Source: a virus (taxonomy: Duplodnaviria; Caudoviricetes). Taken from it: a DNA stretch of 25,382 nt. Positions 22,651-25,382 of the stretch are shown one piece after another. Positions within the stretch are counted from its first letter, which is position 1, and each line of letters starts with the position of its first letter. Location of the stretch: positions 1-25,382 of IMG/VR virus record IMGVR_UViG_3300007734_000510, one strand, 5' to 3'. A program made the position numbers and the translations under genes. Under the pieces are notes generated by a model. That model had not been told where the DNA came from and did no database searches. It was given only the letters and a program-made list of their open reading frames with translations.

Positions 22651-22834
22651 GTTTCTTTCTCCTGTTTCTCAGTTGGTCGTTCTCAGCACGAAGCGCACGA
22701 ATCTCTTCAGCACATCGTTTAAATAGTTCGGACACCACGATGTATTCGAACTCAGTGGTGATTGAATTGATTTCGTTACCGGACTGTTCCACCCAAGACA
22801 ACACCTCAAGGATGTCCTCTTTGCGCCAGTTCAT
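22619..22834 (-). CDS. Hypothetical protein with C-terminal coiled coil
   Basis: 71 aa, 'CAEEIRALRAENDQLR'; ATGA overlap with the upstream gene. Confidence 0.7.
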   Translation of the reverse strand: MNWRKEDILEVLSWVEQSGNEINSITTEFEYIVVSELFKRCAEEIRALRAENDQLRNRRKKRANRKSNGVH

Positions 22835-23037
22835 TCGCGAATGTTCTCTTTGCGCCAGTACTTGTTAATCAATGTCAGTTCATCTCTGAGTTCCGCAATC
22901 AACTGATCACGAATCTCTATGTCCTGAACATAGTTGAGAATCCGCTCCCTTAGTTCCTTGATTTCAGATTGATACTCAGAAATTGTATGCGGGATTCTGT
23001 CCCACTCCTTTTCCCATTCATCAATCTCTTTAGTCAT
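22831..23037 (-). CDS. Hypothetical coiled-coil protein
   Basis: 68 aa with a heptad pattern; overlaps both neighbours in the operon. Confidence 0.7.
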   Translation of the reverse strand: MTKEIDEWEKEWDRIPHTISEYQSEIKELRERILNYVQDIEIRDQLIAELRDELTLINKYWRKENIRE

Positions 23038-23260
23038 GGCCCAGTTCTCTGCGTGTTTCTTGCCGAACCAACCACATCAGTTTGGCAATGAGCATCTGCT
23101 CAGTGCGGCTATCGGGCTGTGTGGTATCGAACTTGTTGGCAATGTCATGGACCATATCCCAGTCCACAAACTCTAAATTACCGGCTTCGCCAATCTTGCA
23201 CCAAACCTTTTCAACTTCCTTCTTCGGAACATCAAGGTAAGAGACATCATCATCATTCAT
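23030..23260 (-). CDS. Hypothetical protein (start re-called from 23296 to 23260, MNDDDVSYLD...)
   Basis: ATG 23260 overlaps the glycosyltransferase stop (ATGAATGA), which avoids a 44-nt overlap. Confidence 0.65.
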   Translation of the reverse strand: MNDDDVSYLDVPKKEVEKVWCKIGEAGNLEFVDWDMVHDIANKFDTTQPDSRTEQMLIAKLMWLVRQETRRELGHD

Positions 23261-23933
23261 GGACAAGCCCTCGCGATAGTTTGGCCCATTCGTCACCGTA
23301 TTCGACGTTCATGTAATCACGAAACCACGGGCCACCACGGGTGAAGTGAACGGCCAGAGGATTCGGGCAATCGTCTTTGGTATGCCACCCTTCCAAATAG
23401 TTGTAGGCCACAGGAAGTTCCCCAATGCAGTCATTGGTTGCCCACTGTAACCTGTGTAGATAGAGACCTGTTGCAGTGTTTACAGTCTCAAGTGTCAAAT
23501 TCTTTTGGACTTGCTCATGCCCACAGTTAATCAGCATGAACGATGACCAATTCTTTCTGGGGTACTGGGTCTGAACAGCACCATCCATCTTTACCCGCTC
23601 AGGCGGATTGTAGTTGTGCTTAACCACCATCACTGCGTTGCTGTAATCGCAGTAGTCCAGAACCGTTGACACATCCCCTCGCCACATAAAGTCGCAGTCC
23701 ATGAAGACTGCCCAGCCTTTGTATCCAGCCAGATACGGAACGAGGAAGCGTGTAAACGTGAACTCAGTAGAGGACAGCGGGTCATGATCCCGCCAGAACA
23801 GGTTCTTCTCACGCATGTGTTTCTGCTTGATAGGAACGATGTCCAGATCAACGCTGGTGTGCTTGAGCAAAGAGGCACGACACACTTGATACGCAATGTC
23901 CTCGCGACTATCCCAACCGACAAAGATTTTCAT
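23253..23933 (-). CDS. GT-A fold glycosyltransferase (GT8 / CDI-like)
   Basis: 'IFVGWDSRE..AY.VC..S', 'STEFTFTRFLVP', DxD motif 'FMDCDF', 'YPRKNWSS.ML', 'HFT.GGPWF'. Confidence 0.9.
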   Translation of the reverse strand: MKIFVGWDSREDIAYQVCRASLLKHTSVDLDIVPIKQKHMREKNLFWRDHDPLSSTEFTFTRFLVPYLAGYKGWAVFMDCDFMWRGDVSTVLDYCDYSNAVMVVKHNYNPPERVKMDGAVQTQYPRKNWSSFMLINCGHEQVQKNLTLETVNTATGLYLHRLQWATNDCIGELPVAYNYLEGWHTKDDCPNPLAVHFTRGGPWFRDYMNVEYGDEWAKLSRGLVHE

Positions 23934-24115
23934 CGTGAGTTACCTATCGGGTCAGCGTCTTTGTGTATGACAAGGTAGGCAAGTATCTCACCTTCAAAAT
24001 GAAACTGGCTGTCCACAACCTTGCAGATAATGTAGTCACTTCCTGCAAATCCAAGAAACTTTTGTGCTTCCTCAAAAGCCTTGAACCCTTTGATCGCAGC
24101 CTTTACCTCGCTCAT
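23930..24115 (-). CDS. Hypothetical protein
   Basis: 61 aa, with 4-bp overlaps to both the methyltransferase and the glycosyltransferase genes. Confidence 0.65.
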   Translation of the reverse strand: MSEVKAAIKGFKAFEEAQKFLGFAGSDYIICKVVDSQFHFEGEILAYLVIHKDADPIGNSR

Positions 24116-24741
24116 AACTTCCTCAGTATCCAGTCATCCACCACCCGGCCAATGATCCGGTACTGCAACTCCTTCATCAGGAATCGCACTGCCGCATGTT
24201 TACCTTCCTCAGGGATGACGTACTTTTCCTTCTGCTCAACAATCATCACTGGATCATTGTTCTTCAAGGTTTCCATTGCACCCTTGATGACATCCAGTTC
24301 GTAACCTTCAACGTCGATCTTGATGAGATCAACGTCGGTCAGATTGAAATGATCCAAAGGGAACATGGGAGTTAGCCCCGCCTTGCCACGATCCACATGG
24401 GTGGAGCCTGTATTGTCAGGCTCAATTGCCATGGCAACATGACCCTCTCTCCATCCCAGCGCACAGCGGTTGACGGTGTGAACCTTGGGTGCATTCTTGA
24501 GAAGGATGTCCGCAAACTGATCGCAGGGTTCGAAGGCAACGACCTTGTCAAACTTCTCAGTGAGACCTCTAGCCCATAGCCCAACGTGCGCCCCGATATC
24601 TATGGCTGTCCGGAACTGCTTGCAGTGTTTAATCACTGTCTGCTGGTGGATAGGCTGGTACTCCGACTGCTTGATGGCATCGAAGTAAGTGATGATGTGG
24701 GCCTCTTCATCTGGCAACCACCAACCTTGAACTTCTTTCAT
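24112..24741 (-). CDS. FkbM-family SAM-dependent methyltransferase
   Basis: 'AIDIGAHVGLW', 'VVAFEP', 'ALG', 'DLIKIDVEGYE..VI.GA..TL....P...VE'. Confidence 0.92.
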   Translation of the reverse strand: MKEVQGWWLPDEEAHIITYFDAIKQSEYQPIHQQTVIKHCKQFRTAIDIGAHVGLWARGLTEKFDKVVAFEPCDQFADILLKNAPKVHTVNRCALGWREGHVAMAIEPDNTGSTHVDRGKAGLTPMFPLDHFNLTDVDLIKIDVEGYELDVIKGAMETLKNNDPVMIVEQKEKYVIPEEGKHAAVRFLMKELQYRIIGRVVDDWILRKL

Positions 24742-24995
24742 GGCTCACCCCTCGCCCGAATCGCAAACAAGATATTCCACGCCGCACTCGACTTTGGCGG
24801 CATACTGGTCAGCATCGCTGTGTTGCCAAGTTCTTTTTCAGCAATCGCAGCACACGCCTCCCGCTCGGCGGCTACAGCAAGCGCGGCGAGTTGAATGACC
24901 TCTTGTTCACTCAATATCCATCGCCCTTCTGCGTCGTAACTCAGCACTCCGTCCGAAACCTTGTACGCCATGCGGATGATGTCGTCGCGGGTCAT
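24738..24995 (-). CDS. Small phage hypothetical protein of the 'MTRDDIIRMA...AEREACA...AIRARG' type
   Basis: 85 aa with recognisable N-terminal, central and C-terminal motifs of a common phage small-ORF family; ATGA overlaps at both ends. Confidence 0.8.
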   Translation of the reverse strand: MTRDDIIRMAYKVSDGVLSYDAEGRWILSEQEVIQLAALAVAAEREACAAIAEKELGNTAMLTSMPPKSSAAWNILFAIRARGEP

Positions 24996-25278
24996 CGCGG
25001 CACCTCCTGCGCGGCGGTGTAAAGTGGCAATGCTCTATGTTGATCGGTGAAATCGGCAGGGTTGTCGGTCACGCAGACTGACTTGCCATCGCACGTGTAA
25101 ACCATCCACGCCACAGGCTCCTGCTTCGGGACGGTGAGGGCAGTGCGGAGGGCGGTGATGGCTTCACTTGCTGGGGTTGGTTGGTAGTCCTCGCCGCTTC
25201 GGTAATACTCCAACGCTTCCAACGCCTGCTGGGCGGCTTCGCGTAGTGTAGTCATACCTTACCCCTCGCCCGAATTGC
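24744..25278. repeat. Gene-junction direct repeat ACCCCTCGCCCGAAT(C/T)GC
   Basis: 15 bp identical at 24747-24761 and 25261-25275 (17/18 with extension). Each copy lies just upstream of a minus-strand ATG. Confidence 0.8.
24992..25255 (-). CDS. Small phage hypothetical protein of the 'ALEALE...AITALR.AL...QEPVAW...PLYT' type
   Basis: 87 aa with a modular motif set typical of phage accessory ORFs. Confidence 0.8.
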   Translation of the reverse strand: MTTLREAAQQALEALEYYRSGEDYQPTPASEAITALRTALTVPKQEPVAWMVYTCDGKSVCVTDNPADFTDQHRALPLYTAAQEVPR

Positions 25279-25381
25279 GCGTCACATACTTGAACGGTCT
25301 TGTCGCGCCGTTTCCGTTAGTTCTTATGCCTTCGACAATCTCTTTTATCGTCCAGTCATTTCCCCAACTTTCAACCCATTG
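25259..25381 (-). CDS. 3' end of a gene truncated by the window edge (QWVESWGNDWTIKEIVEGIRTNGNGATRPFKYVTRNSGEG*)
   Basis: Open minus-strand frame from 25381 to TAA at 25261-25259, ending 3 nt before the next ATG. Confidence 0.55.
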   Translation of the reverse strand, partial: QWVESWGNDWTIKEIVEGIRTNGNGATRPFKYVTRNSGEG

Positions 25382-25382
25382 A

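Noticed and set aside
1-25382. tRNA, rRNA, integrase or att site
   Set aside because: The window is almost entirely coding and I saw no cloverleaf or recombinase motifs. Lifestyle (temperate or lytic) cannot be determined from this window.

Overview
Fragment of a tailed dsDNA phage genome, most likely a podovirus-type phage with P22/T7-like ejection proteins. The small-gene families hint at an aquatic proteobacterial host, which is inference only. The + strand (1-22215) carries a holin and GH24 endolysin, a tail nozzle/stabilisation-like protein, three further structural genes, two low-complexity virion-internal candidates, a GNAT-like protein, and three ejection-type proteins. The last of these is a 2997-aa polyvalent protein, followed by a Ref-like HNH nuclease. 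The - strand (22133-25382) is a convergent operon with ninB, small hypothetical genes, a GT8/CDI-like glycosyltransferase and an FkbM-family methyltransferase. The main signal is the 2997-aa protein, built as a cassette array: an HExxH metallopeptidase is followed by four effector modules (ADP-ribosyltransferase, an unknown 108-aa acidic domain, an HhH DNA-glycosylase-like domain and an HDxxGH metal-site domain) and then LPD38. Each module is delimited by the pentapeptide (I/V)R(E/Y)SR, and three of these boundaries are also 18-21-bp DNA direct repeats. This suggests an injected, self-processing polyprotein with swappable cassettes. The second signal is the 624-aa ejection protein, which has two repeat arrays (11-12 x 9 aa and 11-12 x 18 aa) matched in copy number and predicted length around a hairpin core. 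All family assignments come from motif recognition by eye; no searches were run.
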